From Camelus ferus (lineage: Eukaryota): DNA of 64,000 bases. Every line of letters starts with the position of its first letter. The stretch's first letter is position 1. The DNA lies in NCBI RefSeq assembly GCF_009834535.1, contig NC_045696.1, positions 75,146,001 to 75,210,000 of the forward strand. The letters run 5' to 3'. A program made the translations under genes and the position numbers. Shown here piece after piece: positions 1 through 14,248 of the stretch. The notes beneath the pieces are model-generated. The model was not told the origin of the DNA. It saw only the letters and a program-made list of their open reading frames with translations, and ran no database searches.

Positions 1-309
1 TGGCTCTTGAAGCAGACAACCAAGGCCAGGACAGAATCCAGTCTAGGGGCAAGGCAGCAGGGGCAGAAACACGCAGGGTGCTGGGTGCAGTGGCTGCTAT
101 GTTGGTGACCCCACCAGTCTGGTCTATGACTTAATTTTTGTTTTGGTCCTGGCTGCTGCCAAACTTCCTTTATTTCTGTGTGTTTTCCTATCCTGTTTCT
201 CCACCTTTTCTGGTGATTCTGGAAACTATTCAGAAATCTTAAATATTTTTTTCCTTCTAAATCAGCTAAAGCCTTTTGTTATTTGCAGCTAAGAACTCAG
301 ATTGATAGA
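1..309 (+). mobile_element. Old ERVL/MaLR-class LTR, 3' part (LTR33/LTR16-like)
   Basis: Ends in ttccttctaaatcagctaaagccttttgttatttgcagctaagaactcagattgataga, resembling the typical 3' terminus of these LTRs. Confidence 0.5.
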
Positions 310-1214
310 GTGCACCTCCCAGTTCCACTCAGAAAATGGAAGATTTCAACCATCTCCAAGGAGCCTTGAAATATAGACTAGAAAGAATTTTGGAGATAAT
401 CTTGTCACCTGAATATAGTGAAGGATTCATTTCCTTCAGTGGAAAGAGCTAGAAATGTCTGGGCTCCTCAGGTCCTCATTGTCACTTGCCAGCTATAGGA
501 TATTAGGACAATCAGTTAATTCCCTGGGTTACATTTTTATGTATATGTGTGTATGTATATGTATATAACCTTTAAAGTGAGGGAGTTAGACTTGAATTTC
601 CTTTAGATTTGGAATTCTATGACTTTTAATCAGATTCAGAAACTTTAGATTTTAGATCATAGCTCCTAATTCTGAATTCTCAGTCCCACTAAATACATTA
701 CGCTGAGTAAGTATAAATACTAATTAAACTATCAAGGAGGTGTGCAGGGAGTAAATCTACACCCTTTTTTTGAAGTTTAAATCCATTTGACCTTTTGATA
801 AATTAGTAGCAGCACAGATATCCAGATGGAATCATTTGTGGATGAAGGGACAATGTGTGCTCATGTTCATAGCTGAAGACACGAATTAGTCTTTCAGAAT
901 TATAAATTATTAGTTTCCTCTATTATAGCTTCTCAGCTTATAAAAGGAAGTTCTTAAATGTTGTTAATATTGTGTGTGTTAAGTATGATGTCTTTCCCAA
1001 TAGCATTCAAAGACCCAAAAATCTTATCTCAGGTGAAAGTTTGAAGATTGAAACCAGAGATAGTTTACCTGTATGTTCATGGAAGGCACAGGTCAGTAAA
1101 CTTTACACTGTCAAGTTGGTGTTTGGATAATGAAAATTTCAATCTGCTTCCTGTGATGCAGAACCCAGCAGTGGCAGAAGCATGAATATTCATAGTAATT
1201 TAGTGCTCGAAAAG

Positions 1215-1335
1215 ACCTGGTTAACTTCTATATTTTATAGGTGAGAAAAAAGAGGCTGACAGATTAAATGACTTGTCCAAGATCATGTCACGACCTTCAA
1301 ATTCAGTGGTAGATTTGAGACTAGAACCCAGGACT
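1215..1335 (-). mobile_element. MIR SINE fragment
   Basis: attttataggtgagaaaaaagaggc...ttaaatgacttgtccaagatcatg...gagactagaacccagg = antisense MIR core. Confidence 0.7.
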
Positions 1336-4300
1336 TACATCGTAAGCAATATGATGGCTGAGATGGTGTTTCTCTTGATCACTGTTGAGACCCAGAGCCT
1401 TGTGCGTAGTGGGCACTTCATCATTAAATGTTGACAGTCAGTCAATTCCAGCACAGTGGAATTTTTGCTATGACATGTATACTGAGGAATCTGAAAAAAA
1501 ATATTCAAAGATTTGATTTAAAAAAAGCAAGACTTAATATTTTAATGCTGGGAGCCAGTGATTAATGCTTATGTTTAGATTCAAGTTGCTCAAATCTGTG
1601 ACTGTGAATATAGTATGGAAATAGATGAAAACTGGCCTCAGTCTTTCATTCTGAAAGCTCGAGTTGGTGTAGGATGATGGTGACATTTCTCTCTCTTTAA
1701 ACAGTTTATCAGAATATTAATATTGATGTAGAGCAGGTGGTGGGGCCGTTTAACCTGTGCTCTAATTAACAGGCCATTAAGATTCTATCAAGGTATCTGA
1801 AATATGCACAGCATGGCTCAGGGACGGTTCTCTCTTCCCAGTTGTGTAAGGATTATTTGGGTAAGGTTTTGATCTGAAATATTTACAGTGTATTAAATTG
1901 TATGGGCACTTATTTGAATGTGACTAAAGCAGAAAAGCAAATCTTCTCCAACAGTGTATAATGATAAAGTTAAAATGTAGTTTATCATATCAGACTGTTA
2001 TGTTCTAACAATATTGCTCCAGTTGAGTTAAAATAAAGAGGAGCAGAGATAAAATCCTATTGAAGATAAGTTCAGAAATATGTGTCTAGATTAACTTTGG
2101 AATCTTGGTCATTAAGATACAGCTGATCTGATTTCTTAGATCTCTGCCTCTTTCCGCATTCCACTATCATCTCTTCCCAAGTGATGGTTCCTCTTTCATT
2201 TTCTGCTTTAGTGTGCTGAGATTTTCTTCCTCTCCAGTGAGAAGAGATTGGACTTCTTTTCATCCATGAAAAAGCAGTCCTTTACATCTTAAGGTTTGCA
2301 GTTAGTTCTCTGGAGTTAGAAGATCTATTTGAATATGATAAAATTTTTTAAAAAGATAAAATTTTTTAAAAAGTATATTCTTTAATACTTAGATATCTGG
2401 AGTTTCCATATTGGGGATATTTTTTGGCACAAGACAAGTGGCTTTGAATACTTAACTGCAGGCACATGGCTCTGAGATTTTCTGCTGGGGGATTACCGTT
2501 TTAGACTGTGGCTGGGAACTTTCCAGGTTCTGTGTTCTACAGAGTACTGTGAACATTATTTATACATTGATGCTAGTTAGAAGACAGGAGAGTAATAGAA
2601 GTTACCCAGGATAAATAGTAACCACTCTGAAAGGAGGTAAAAGGAAGTGGCATTTTTAGCTGCCATTAAAGAATCACATTGTATGCAATGCATTTTCAAC
2701 AAATATTCTGTTATCTAATATGCTAGTTATTCCATTGCTCCATTACCTGGTGCTTTTGTGCAGATACTGTGCAGAAAAATGTATGATAATAATAATGATC
2801 TGAGTCATTGTGAGATTATTATGTTTGTTTTATTAAACAAATGGGTTTCAAACTAAAAAAAATTAGTGGAAAAATTAAAAAATGAAATCATATATAAAAC
2901 CACCATATTAAATAGGAAAAGTAGAACTGTTTGGGACTTATGTGGATTGCAGTTGTGGAGGGGCTGAGCCTGATTCGCTGAGCCACCTGTTTCTGCTCTC
3001 TCCATGCCTCGTTTCCCTACACAGTGTTTGCAAACATATTTTTACAGTTTCAGAGAAAATTTACATCCTGTTTGGTATTATTTTAGTGTAACATATTTTA
3101 AAAATCAAATTCTAATTTGGAAAATATCAATCTATATTTCACGTATGTTGAGATTCTCTATTAACTAGAATAGAAAATCCATTTTCTGACCTTGCTAGGT
3201 AACAGTATATTATCCAAGCAGATTTCATAAGTAGGTTGAGTAAGTGGCTTCACTTATGATTACATTTGAAGGATGTCAAAAGGCACCTGGGCAAAAATAT
3301 CTCCCTTTCAAGAGGTCATACCTGAAAGAGAATTTTGTAAGGCCCCTCGATTTAAGTAGTTTAAGTAATTACCTTATCTGGGCAGGTAATATATTAGCAG
3401 GGAATCCAATCCAATTCGACATGATTGTGTTGAATGCCTGTGATATACAAGGCATTGTGCTGTCTTTTAGGAATACAAAAATGAATGAAACATCCTTTCC
3501 TCAGAAAGTCTATGGTTTGGTAGTGGATCCTGGCAAGTGCACATCTCCTTATATGATATAATTTTTGTTTATGGTAGGAAGAAATATTTTGGTGGAATGA
3601 TACTGGTGAACTTGGGGAGGGGAGTGGATGCTACTGGGAGAGGTTGGTGGCCACAGTCCTGTGGGATTCATGGGCAGATTTAGTATCAGTCTGTGAAGTG
3701 TGTGCCATGAAGGTAAGATGAAGAGTATTATAAATAATTTTGTTCCCTCTAAAAACTTGAATTTTACATAGTGCTGTTGGAGCATGGCCAGGAGAGACCA
3801 GCTGAGTGCGTGTCAAGAAATCTAACAAAGCAGAATATATCTCTGTTAATTTACCCAAGTCTGGGGTTCGGCCGGTAGCTCTGTAGACTCAGAATCTCTA
3901 TGTGACCTCCCAGAACTGATGGCACCCCTAGATATTGACTGCCTTCAGCTCACAGAATTGCAAGAGAAGGATTTTTAAAGTAGAATGCCAACACTTAATT
4001 TGTCATAAAAATATATGATTGTCAAGTCGATTTTGACAGTTTATGGAATGAATTCTCTTTCTATGGGAAAAATTTCAGAATCTTGTTGGATGATCATGAA
4101 ATCAGAATAAGGAGAATTATTTTTATAGTCTAAATATTTAATAGCATCAGGCTCTGATGCTTCCATCTTAATAGGCCTATTACTGGTGGTTCATAGGACA
4201 TTTGGGCCTTTGGATTGAAATTCTGCCTTGGATTTTCTGTCTCTGTATTACCAGGTTCCCTACTATGTTCCCTCTAAGTTTACACATTTCTTGTGCATCT

Positions 4301-4559
4301 TTCCAGAGATATTCTGTGCATATACCAGCAAATATATATATGTACTCCACCCACATTTTCATCTAAATGATAGCACATTACACAAAATGGACATCTTTTC
4401 TATCAGTAGTTATAGTACTTACTCATTCCTTTTTCTAACAGCTGCAAATAATTCTACTATAGAGTGTCATGATTTATTTAATCAGTCCCATATAGATGGG
4501 CATTTCATTATTTCAATCTTTTGAAATGTAGCAATGGCATAACTTCTACCTCTTAGTCT

Positions 4560-5033
4560 CAGCTGGCTTAAGTGGTGCCAGTTCCCTTTCTTCTTAAATT
4601 TTATGTTCCTCAAGATTTTATCCTCTTCTCTTCTCACAGTACTCAATGACCCTGGGAAACAATAGTCGGTCTCATGGCATTAATTATCATCTATGTGCTA
4701 TTGCTTCTCTCATCTGTATTTCTAACCCATATCTTCCTTTTCATGTTCAGAACTATTTATGAATTGCCTGTTGTACAATTCATTAGGATGTCCAGTGTGA
4801 ATGTCAAGTCTGATACATGCTCTAAAGGATCTCTTTTTATTCACTACTTTATGCCCCCATCAAATATGTTCTTCCTTAGTATTCCCCCCCTACCTTGATG
4901 ACTGACCCCACAATCTCCTAGTTGCCTAAGGTAGAAAGTTGAGAAGAACCATGACTCCTCCCTTCTCTTCAAAATCTTCATCCAAGCAGTCACCAAGGAT
5001 TGTTGATCCGATTTCTTAGGTACTCTCTGCAAT
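4560..5033 (+). mobile_element. L2 LINE fragment
   Basis: ctcatggcattaattatcatctatgtgct...catgactcctcccttctc...atccaagcagtcaccaaggattgttga, typical L2 3' region. Confidence 0.65.
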
Positions 5034-5035
5034 AT

Positions 5036-5800
5036 TGATTTGTAAGAAATATATATTTGGTCTTTGTCCACATTTCCTGGCTCACAGCTCCCAAAATCCT
5101 TGGAATTTCCAAAGTGTTGAGAGGGACAAAGGTGTCTTTTGTTATGTAAATGAAACGACTCTTAGAAGCTCCAAAGGATGGAGATTCACTGCAGGAAGAA
5201 CCAACCAGGTGATTAGAGGGTTGGGACTTTCAGTCCCACCCCCTGATTTACAGGGAGGGGAGAGGGGCTGGAGGTTGAATCAATCACCATTGCCCAGTGA
5301 TTTAGTCAATCATAACTATGTAATGAAGCCTCTGTTAAAAAAAAAGAAAAAGACAGCTTTTTGGTCCCTTCTTGGAGAGCTTCTTCGTCAGGGAATCAAA
5401 GTGCTTCTGCATGTCAGGCCCCAAGCTCCACGAGGACTGAAGCTCCTTTGTTTGAACCTTGCCTTATCTGTCTCTTCATCTGGCTGTTGATTCATATCCT
5501 TTAATATCCTATTATAATAAAACAGTAATATAGTGATTAAACAGGTTTCCTGAGTTCTGTGAGCCATTCTAGCAAATTAATTGAACCTGAGGTTGTGGGA
5601 ACCTCTGACTGATAGCAAGTCACTCAGAAGTACAGTTAACAACATGCACTTGTCACTGGCTGAAGTCGAGGGTGGTCTTAAGGGGCTGAGCCCTTTGTCT
5701 GTGGAGTCTGAGTCTATCTCTGGGGTAGAGAGTGTCAGAATTGACTTGAATTCGCAGACACTGCTGGTGTCTGAGAACTGCTTGTTGGTGTGGGGAAGCC
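5036..5800 (+). mobile_element. MER21-family LTR
   Basis: aatatatatttggtctttgtcc...accaaccaggtgattagagggttgggactttcagtcccaccc...ttcctgagttctgtgagccattctagcaaatta...gtgtcagaattgacttgaatt. Confidence 0.8.
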
Positions 5801-5837
5801 CATTTACTCTCAAGTACTATTTTTGTCCCTATAGGCC

Positions 5838-5960
5838 AGTGGCTCTCAAAGTGTTGTCCCTGGACCAGCAGCAGTATTAGCATCACCTGGGAACTTATTT
5901 GAAATGCACATTCTTGAGACACACCTCAGACATACTAAATAAGAAATTCTGCTCTAACAG
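5838..5960. mobile_element. MER5A (hAT-Charlie) fragment
   Basis: cagtggctctcaaagtgttgtccctggaccagcagcagtattagcatcacctgggaactt. Confidence 0.8.
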
Positions 5961-7849
5961 TTCCTTTATTGGCTATCTTTGCTTCTGTAAATAATATCTG
6001 GAAATTTCAATTTCTCTTTCCATCAGTGACTAAGGACCATGGGGCTAGAGCAGGTTTCTCTGCTGTGATATGAGGGTCATACCCTGGAGTGGGGATCCTG
6101 ACTGGCATCTCCCTGTGAATAGGTGAGGCACTGGCTTTGACAGGCTTCACTTCAGGAGGAAAGTGGTTTGCCCAAGGTCACACAGGTATGCAGAAGAAAC
6201 AGAACCAGAACTCAGATCTCTGGATGACTAGTTCACTGCTTTTTCTATTACATACATTTGAACAACTTCAATTATTTTCATGTTCTTTTTGGGTCTAGTC
6301 TTTCTCTTTGCCTCTTTTTGTCTTTGCAGTGAAATTTAATAACATGCAATGCAGTATGCTTAGTCAATGGAGTATAGCGAAGAGCTCAGAGGACAGTCCA
6401 TCTGTATGCCCCCAAATAAATCCTTTTTTTATATTCACACTGATTTTGTGAAGGTGGATTTTGGTTTTACTTGAGCATCTTTGAAATCCCTTTGTGTCTC
6501 TAGAGGTCAGTGTGGCTTAAAGAAACTTTGTTTTAAACTATATTCAGTTAACATTTAATTCAAGGCACTTTAATCAAAGGTGACAATAAAAATGATGGCC
6601 CAGGGGAGCATAAATTAATTCAGAATTACAAATACTATAAACATTAACATATACAGTCATATTGATTTTGTCACACGGAACTTTTCACTGACCCTATTGA
6701 CCTTAATCTTAGAAATAATTGAATTGATTCCTATAACTTTTAACAAGTAAAATAGTATCATTTTTGCTTAGAAATGTATGACTCAGCCATTCTAAGTTCC
6801 TTTTAGAATGAGGTGTTTATACTTATATTGAAGGCTGTTTGAATGAACATTTGTGTCTAGTCATCTTTGTTTATGATGAGACTTTGAAGCAGTTATATGC
6901 CTTTGTCTTCACATGGCATTTAATGCAGAAGAGGCTTTGTGAGCTACCTGGGATGGAGAATTTCCATGGGGAAAACAGGGATGTTATTGAAAAGTCTGTG
7001 ACAACTACAAGTTTTATTATTCACAGAGCTTTCAAAATTCTTTTCCTTTCCTATTCCTCTTTCTCACTTTTTTTTTCTTTGTTTGCTGGGATGGGTAAGG
7101 GTGAATGTGACAAAATTAGTAGGTTTGTGCCATGAATAAGAAATCTTAGATAAGTTTGTCCATTGCAGTGCTTTTCAGTGATCAAATAGTAAATCTGAGG
7201 CAAGGAGAGAAGAAGAAGGAGAGCTTATGTTTACTGAGAGTCTCCTTGGGGCCAGGCAGCTGCTAAGTGAGCAAATGCCCCACCTGCCACAATCTGAACC
7301 TGCTATAATATTTTTCCCTTTATTGGGGTTCACGGATGAGTTTATTTGGAGAAAGTTTCCCATTGCTAAGATTTTAATAAGCATTGTATAGCAATTAGAG
7401 ACAGCAAGTTATAAGAAGAAAAAGGAGTGCTGACTAGAAGAAGCAAGCATGTTGGAGGCAATGAAAAGCAGGAGCTAAACTTTGACTATAAGGCAAGAGA
7501 AAGAAAAACCCAAAGTGTGGGCCAGCAGCTCCCTATTCACAGCAGGCCGGGCTGTTGTGTGAAGGGAGATGACTCAGCGTACCTTGTCATTCTCACCATT
7601 CAACAGTATTGAGCTCTGATAGGGTGCCGGGCACTGTTTTATAGCTGGGGGTGCTATTCTGCCCTAAAGTTTAGTTGATGTGGAAAGGAAATATATTAAA
7701 AGAGAAAAAAACCCCTACCCAATTACCATAGTGTATACGGTACCAGAAAGTAACAGAAATGTTCAGAGGAGGAAGCGTTGGATTTGTCAGGAAAGAAGTC
7801 ACAAGCAAGTTCAACAGATACTGATGGCTACTTATCAAACCCATTTTCT

Positions 7850-8216
7850 CTTCTTCCTGGGCCCACAAGCCTCCCTTGCAGTTTTAGAGGTGGTCAAGGG
7901 AATGAATTTTAGCCAACAGAATATTAACAGCCGTGATGTGTGCCAGTTTCAGTCCTAGTCCATGGACTCCCCTATTCATGACCCTCCGCTTTCTCTTTCT
8001 GTAGCAGCAGTGCTGAAAGCCAAGTGTTAAAGATGGCAGAACCACTGGACGGAGGGAGCCTAGGTTCTTGAATCCCTGCTTGGAGAGGAGCCAGGTGACA
8101 ATCAGAAACACCCAATTTGGACTTCATGAGAGCAAGAAACAAACTTCTGCTGTTTTAAACCACTGAGATTTGGGTGTTTTTCAGTCACAGCAGCATATGT
8201 TACCTCACTAATACAG
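7850..8216 (+). mobile_element. MLT1 (MaLR) LTR, MLT1I/J-like
   Basis: aagatggcagaaccac...ggagcctaggttcttgaat...aaacttctgctgttttaaaccactgagatttgggtg...ctaataca. Confidence 0.7.
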
Positions 8217-8889
8217 AAAGTGAGACAACAACAGAATGTGAAACAATGTTAAGAAATATGCAAGAGATTAGATAATTGTAGATGGTGCTGAGGATATCTG
8301 AGACAGGAAGGATGAAATCAGCACCGTCATGGGAAAGGGAATGCAAGACCATTGGCTAAAATGGAATATTGAAGAAGATAATCAGAGAAGCCACCTTAGC
8401 TTGTGGAGGTTAAGGAGTTTGGACCTGACTTTATTGCTGAGGTAGCAATTGGAAAGATAAGAGGAAATAATATTACAATGAAAGTTCAGTTGTGGTTGAA
8501 GCATGTTCTAGGAAGATTCATTTGGTGGCAGTATATGGAATGGTTTAGTTGTTGGTGAGGTCAGAATGGAGTCAGAGAGATCTAGGAGACTGTGGGTGAG
8601 CTACTCAGACTGGGTAATTAATGGTGGAGGGGACCAAAGCAAAGGCTGAATGAACGAGGCATTATCAAGTATGGATATGAATGACTAAATGTGGGAGAAC
8701 TGAAAAAGGAAAGGACTATAACTTTCAGGTCCGTAGGTTTAAAAAAACAGTGTAATGCTTGCAATGATAAACTTGGCACAAAAAAAGTGTAATGTTTATT
8801 GTCTTTAAGAAAGCAAAGTAGTATATAATATGTTCCAGAAAGACTACTATCAAAATAATTAACATAGAAAATGTCAACATATGGCATGC

Positions 8890-9263
8890 TTACAAATTCT
8901 TTTTACCTTCCTGGGCACATAGAAGGCACACCAGCTTTCCTTGCAGCAAGGTAAAAACATGTGGCTGAGTTCTAGCCAAAGGAATATGAGTATAAATGGT
9001 ATGAACCACTTCTGGGTCTATCCATAAAATACTGTTTTGATTTCCCAGCCCCTCTTCTTCTTCTGTGGCAATCTTGGAGGCCCAAATGAAGAGCTGCAAA
9101 CACTCCAAGATCCCTGAGTCAGTACTTGGATGAGGGCTTTTCAGAATTGTCACTCAACCACATTGAACCATGACTTGAGAGAGAAATGAATCGTTGTTTT
9201 AACCACTGAGATTTCAGGGTGTATTTATTATAGCAGCATAGCTATTCTCTTTCTGAACTACGC
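8890..9263 (+). mobile_element. MLT1 (MaLR) LTR, MLT1I/J-like
   Basis: catgtggctgagttctagccaaaggaatatgag...ccactgagatttcagggtgtatttattatagcagcatagc. Confidence 0.7.
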
Positions 9264-10109
9264 ATAACACTTATTCAATCATTCAGCAAACTTTTATTGA
9301 GCATCTAATATGTTCAAGGGATGGGCAAGCCCTAAAGTCAAATTTTATTAGTAGTATCTTTCAGTAGAATAGTTCCATGACAGCGCTGTCCCAACGGCAT
9401 TGTTCTAGAAATTCATTAAAATTTTGAAGTCTCACAACTCTTGTTTACTATCATGTGCCCATTCTTTGGATCTTAATTATTAAATTCTGGTCTTTGTGCA
9501 GTTTTTTTTAAACAGGAGAGTTGACATTTTATTTTGACTGCCTTTTGTTAAATTCCTTTTTGACAAAATCTCTACTAACCAGGTGAGAGAGGCTTACAAC
9601 ATATCTCACAATACCTTGCCTGAAATAGTTTTGAGGGTATTGACAGATACAGTTTAGGATTTCTTTTATTTTTCCTTTATCTGACAGCCAGTGACTTAAT
9701 GATGCCAGAACATCTGCCCACATGTACAAATCTGTGCAGAAACTGAAAACCTTGATCACCTTGGGAATTTCAGTTCTGCAAAAAGAAGTTAAATATCTGA
9801 ACTTTTTATTAGAATGGCTTTTTATGTCTTCTCTCAGTCAAATCCACCTTCACATATGTAATGTGAGAGTCTGATGTGAACACTCATCAAGGAATAAATT
9901 AACTTCCAATGTACTTTTAAATCCTCATCATTATTTTCATTGAACAGTGTCGGAGCAATGACCAAGCATCACTCTTTATGGAAACTGTTTCCAGACTGAT
10001 CTCTGGAAAACCAACTGTGGCTCTTAATTAGTGTAGCTTTGTGCTTTTAGGTGGGTTGGAAGGTGATAGCTAATATACAGTTTCAACATTCTCCCCCAAA
10101 TTAAAAAGC

Positions 10110-10610
10110 AGTTTTATTATTTTTATGATTATAAATATACTATACGAATATTTTACAATTGAAGCAGTATAGAAAAGCATAGGAGAGAGGAGACGGATAC
10201 TCTAAAACCTACTCAGAAGACAGAACTGCTATGAACATTTTGGAGTATATCCTTTAAGCCCTCTCTATTCACAAACAAAAAATACATACACACAAAGGCA
10301 GACAGTTTTGCATAAATAGAATCACAATACAGATATTTTTATAATTTAAATTTTCACTCACAAACCTGACATAGATGTCTGCTTGTCAATAAATCTAGCG
10401 GCACAAAATCATTTTAAAGACTATAAATTCCTTTGTAGGAAAATATCACAATATAACCAGTCTGCTGTTGATGGACATTCAGGTTGTCTCCAGTTTTTCA
10501 CTATTATAAAGAATGCTGTCACAAGTGTATATGTTTATATGTTTGAATTTGTGTGAGTAGTGTAAATTACTAGGGTGAAATTGCTGGGAGGAATGTGAGC
10601 ACATTTACTG
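10110..10610 (-). mobile_element. Ancient L1 (L1ME-like) 3' fragment
   Basis: taaccagtctgctgttgatggacattcaggttgtctccagtttttcactattataaagaatgctgtcac = antisense L1 3' end. Confidence 0.6.
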
Positions 10611-11029
10611 TTTCCTACTTTAACACTGCTGGAATGAGAGCATATTTATCATTTTGGCTAATGCATTGGTAGGACAGTGGAGAGGAAGATGACTAAATTC
10701 AAAAGGACTGAGAGAAGGAAATTCACTTGTTTAGTCTACCAAGAATAAGTCAAAACTACCTGAAATACATGACAGAACATGTGCTTCTTCTAAAGGTTAT
10801 TCTGTGGTTCTTTAAAATCTTTCTTTGTTATGAAGCCTGGAATTCCAATGTACGGCAACCTTTGGTGTATCATGATATTTATTAAAGTTGCATCCAGGAT
10901 GTAAATTTAATGTGAGTGGCAAGAAAGGGAAAGATTTTATTGGAGCAGAATAATGTCACAGCCCTTCTGCAGTTCACCTGCTTCTTCTTTTGCTCCAAGC
11001 CAGTCTGTGGAATCCCTCATGACACTGGT

Positions 11030-11390
11030 TCTATACGTGTGCTGTGAACAACAATAAACCCATAAAAATCTCTGAAGTCTCAGGGGATTAACACAACTAA
11101 AGTTTGTTTTTTGCTTTTGAAAAGTTTGAAGTGCGTCTCAGGAGTCCTCACTACAATTCTCTTCTATGTAGTATCACATGGATCCAGGATTTCTCTGTTT
11201 TGGAGAATGGCTTGGCTTCCAGGGTTGACACTCTTAAATGCTTTAGCTCAGACGTAACACACATCATTGTCATCTGCTCATAATTTGTTTTGCTCACAGT
11301 GCATTGGTTGCATGACCCCAGCCTAATTGCATGGAGGCTGGGAAATGTACAGTAGCACTGCTGTTTGGTGCAGTCAGACTTGGTATTAAT
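11030..11390 (-). mobile_element. MLT1 (J/K-like) LTR
   Basis: ttaacacaactaaagtttgttttttgc...catgaccccagcctaattgcatggaggctgggaaatgta. Confidence 0.55.
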
Positions 11391-12429
11391 AGTTCTCTTT
11401 CTTACTAGTGTGTGAATACTCCTGTGTCTCAGTTTCCTCATTTGTACAATGGGGATTAGAATAACTCTTTCACATGGTGTGAAATGAGAATATGTGTAAA
11501 AGCACACAGCAAGTTCTCAAGAAAATAGATGATAGTTGCTAATATTAGTGGTAGCTGCCCTGGGAAATGAACATAATTACAACCAGTCAGGACTAAATCT
11601 CTGTAGAAGATCAGATGAGAGAGAACTCACTTCCAGTAAGGTTGACAAAGGAAAGTTCTAGTGTGGAGAAAGCACTTGAGTTCTGAAAAAATTTGCTCCG
11701 TCTCCTTTAAATCCCTGCAGAAAAAAGCAGTTTTGCAGAGACTGGGGCATTTTAGGGAAGAAAAATTAGTACTGAGCATATTTCAGTGTGTTCTGACCTG
11801 AAATGAAAAACGAATTATGAACAAATGACAGGTAAGCTGGTGTTAGTTACGAGTCAGTAGTCTGTGCTTTATAACCAAAGGCTTCAGTCCTATAAACAAG
11901 ATGTTATTTTTGGGGTCTGCTGTGTGGCTGGGTAAGCCACATCCCTCTGATGCAGGACCACCTCAAGGTTTGACCCCCAAAATTCCGAGTTAGGGGATAA
12001 ACAACTCTCTAGATGAGCCTGGTTCTCTCGCAAGAAGTTTCAAGCATATTGATAGCTAGATTTATTTATACCTTTTCAAACAAAGGAAATTTATGGGGCT
12101 CAACTGTGGGGACAAAGGGTGAGTAAGGCATTTCCCTGCTTTTGGAACCAGCCTGGTCCCCAGCTTGCTGATCTTTGATTTTAGAGCTCAGCTTCTGACC
12201 TCTGCACTTCTCCCTTGGTTTGGCGAACCTGTAGTCTCTTCTCTGGTTTGCTTGGCTTGCCTTTCTCCTCAATGCTTAGCCCTGCTTATTTTCTCAGTTT
12301 TAGTGAGAAGCAATCTTAACTGGCCCCTGACTTGGGGAACCCCTTTGGCCTGGCTGAGCCCTGGTCTCCTCCCAGCTGGTCCCAGGAGTCTCAGTCTTTG
12401 TGGTGGGGTGGTGTTGTCAAGAGTGAATG

Positions 12430-12670
12430 CCATGGGCCCAGGCTGCCTGTGTTAGAACCCTGTATCTGCCACTCACTGGCTGAATGACCTGTCAAAACAC
12501 TCAGCCTCTTGTGCTTTTTTTTTTTTTTTTCATTTGAAAAATGTGGATAGTAATAATAGTACTGGCCTCATAGGGTTGTGAAGATTAAATAAGGATTATA
12601 TTGAATAAAAGTGCATAGAACAGCACCTGGCCTATAGTAAGTACTTAATGATTTTCATCTATTATTATTT
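12430..12670 (+). mobile_element. MIR SINE
   Basis: ctgccactcactggctgaatgacct...ctcatagggttgtgaagattaaataag...agaacagcacctggcctatagtaagtacttaat. Confidence 0.8.
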
Positions 12671-12679
12671 AGAACAAGG

Positions 12680-13170
12680 ATACTCTGGGGTACAGGAGGG
12701 AAGCAATTAATTTGGCCCAGGAGAGCCAGGAAAAGCTCTATAGAAATGATGACATGAACAGAGTTTGGATCAATGAGTGAATCCCCCGGGAGGGCTTGGA
12801 GGGAGGGCTAAGAGGAGAAAAAGATTGATATGAAAGCTCAGGTATGGGCATAAAATAAAAAGTTCATGTCATGGAGCATTGGATGAATGGTGAGAACAGG
12901 GGAGAGGGCAACATGGCAAGTGTCCAGGCTGGAGAAGTGGGACAAGGGGAAACTGAGAAGGACTTTAATGCCAAACCAGTAAGTTGGTACTTGACTCCCA
13001 GGCAGCAGGATGCCAACAAGGATCTTCAGGCACAGAAGTGATTATGGTCAGGTCTGTAAGATCCTACTGGCTGTGGTATAAAAGATAGATTATAGTGGGC
13101 TGGAGTGTTGGCAAGGAGTCCTGTGTAAGAGGCTCTTTCATTAATCCTAGGGAAGAAATCATGTGAGAGC
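12680..13170 (-). mobile_element. L2 LINE fragment
   Basis: Purine-rich antisense L2 pattern (caggctggagaagtggg...gaagtgattatggtcaggtctg...ctactggctgtggtata). Confidence 0.6.
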
Positions 13171-14248
13171 TTTATATAATAGGTCATTAATAACGACTAC
13201 TCTCCTCCCCTCTGCCTACTGGGTGTTAGATGGGTATGAAGTTTTTTACTTGTTTGTTTTGCTTTTCTGTTATTTTAATTTTAATGTTTTGCCCCCAAAG
13301 CATAATATGAAAAATGTCAGATCTTCTTATACTAACAATTCACAGTATAAATCCAATATACTGCTTCGTCTTCACCCACCCACTGCATAGTCAAACTTTT
13401 CTGGTCAGTGCTGCCTATGGTTGGTTAAAATGTATTGATGCGGTATTGCAGCTTTAAGTATGTATGAGCTTTGACTGCCCCGGAATTTAGTTTTTCCTCT
13501 GCTTCACTTATCACACTATTAGCAATATACCTGGGTGAGTGACCTAGGGTTAAGGATTAAGTTTAAAAACCATCTTGGCATTTTTCTGCTTGCATTGGTT
13601 GGGCTTAGACTGATATTTCATTAAATATTTAGTTTTATTTAGTTTGCTGCAGGGTAAAGTCTAAAAGAAGTTCAAATGGTCTTTTATTTCTTATAGTTAA
13701 CCTGCACTTCTTGTTATTCTCAAAGGAAAGAATCCTGCCTTCAGATACAAAGTTATTTCAAGAAATTTTACTAGCATATGCCCTACCTCATGTGTTTTGA
13801 GTTATGTTACCTATAGAACTAATCCATCAAAAGCTTTGTAAAAGCTCTGCACAGGTCTGGAGAGTGTGTCCAATTGGAATTCTAAGCTATATTTCGTATC
13901 TAAAACTTCCCTTCATTTATAAAGCGCATGTTTTTTTTTCTCCCCATTGCTTTGCACCTCTTGAAAAAGTAGCAAAGCTACCCACGGTTTTAGAAATTTC
14001 TTTTCTCAGAGCAGCTACGGCAAAAATCTACAAAGACAGAAGAAAACCCTGGCAGATTTTTTTCTCCCCAAACACATTTCTGTTTAGCATGAGAAAAAGA
14101 CTTTGCTCATGCCATGCAATTCAGCGTTCCTTTTCATTAATTGAATAAAAAGGTTTTTAGAGTTGGCCAGTTCACCCTTCTTTGAAATATTCCGTTTCAT
14201 TAAACAACCTTTGGAAATGTTCAGCCCAACCTGAATAGTAATGAGGTC

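Noticed and set aside
5035..5922. ORFs of 78-151 aa
   Set aside because: They lie within the MER21 LTR and MER5A.
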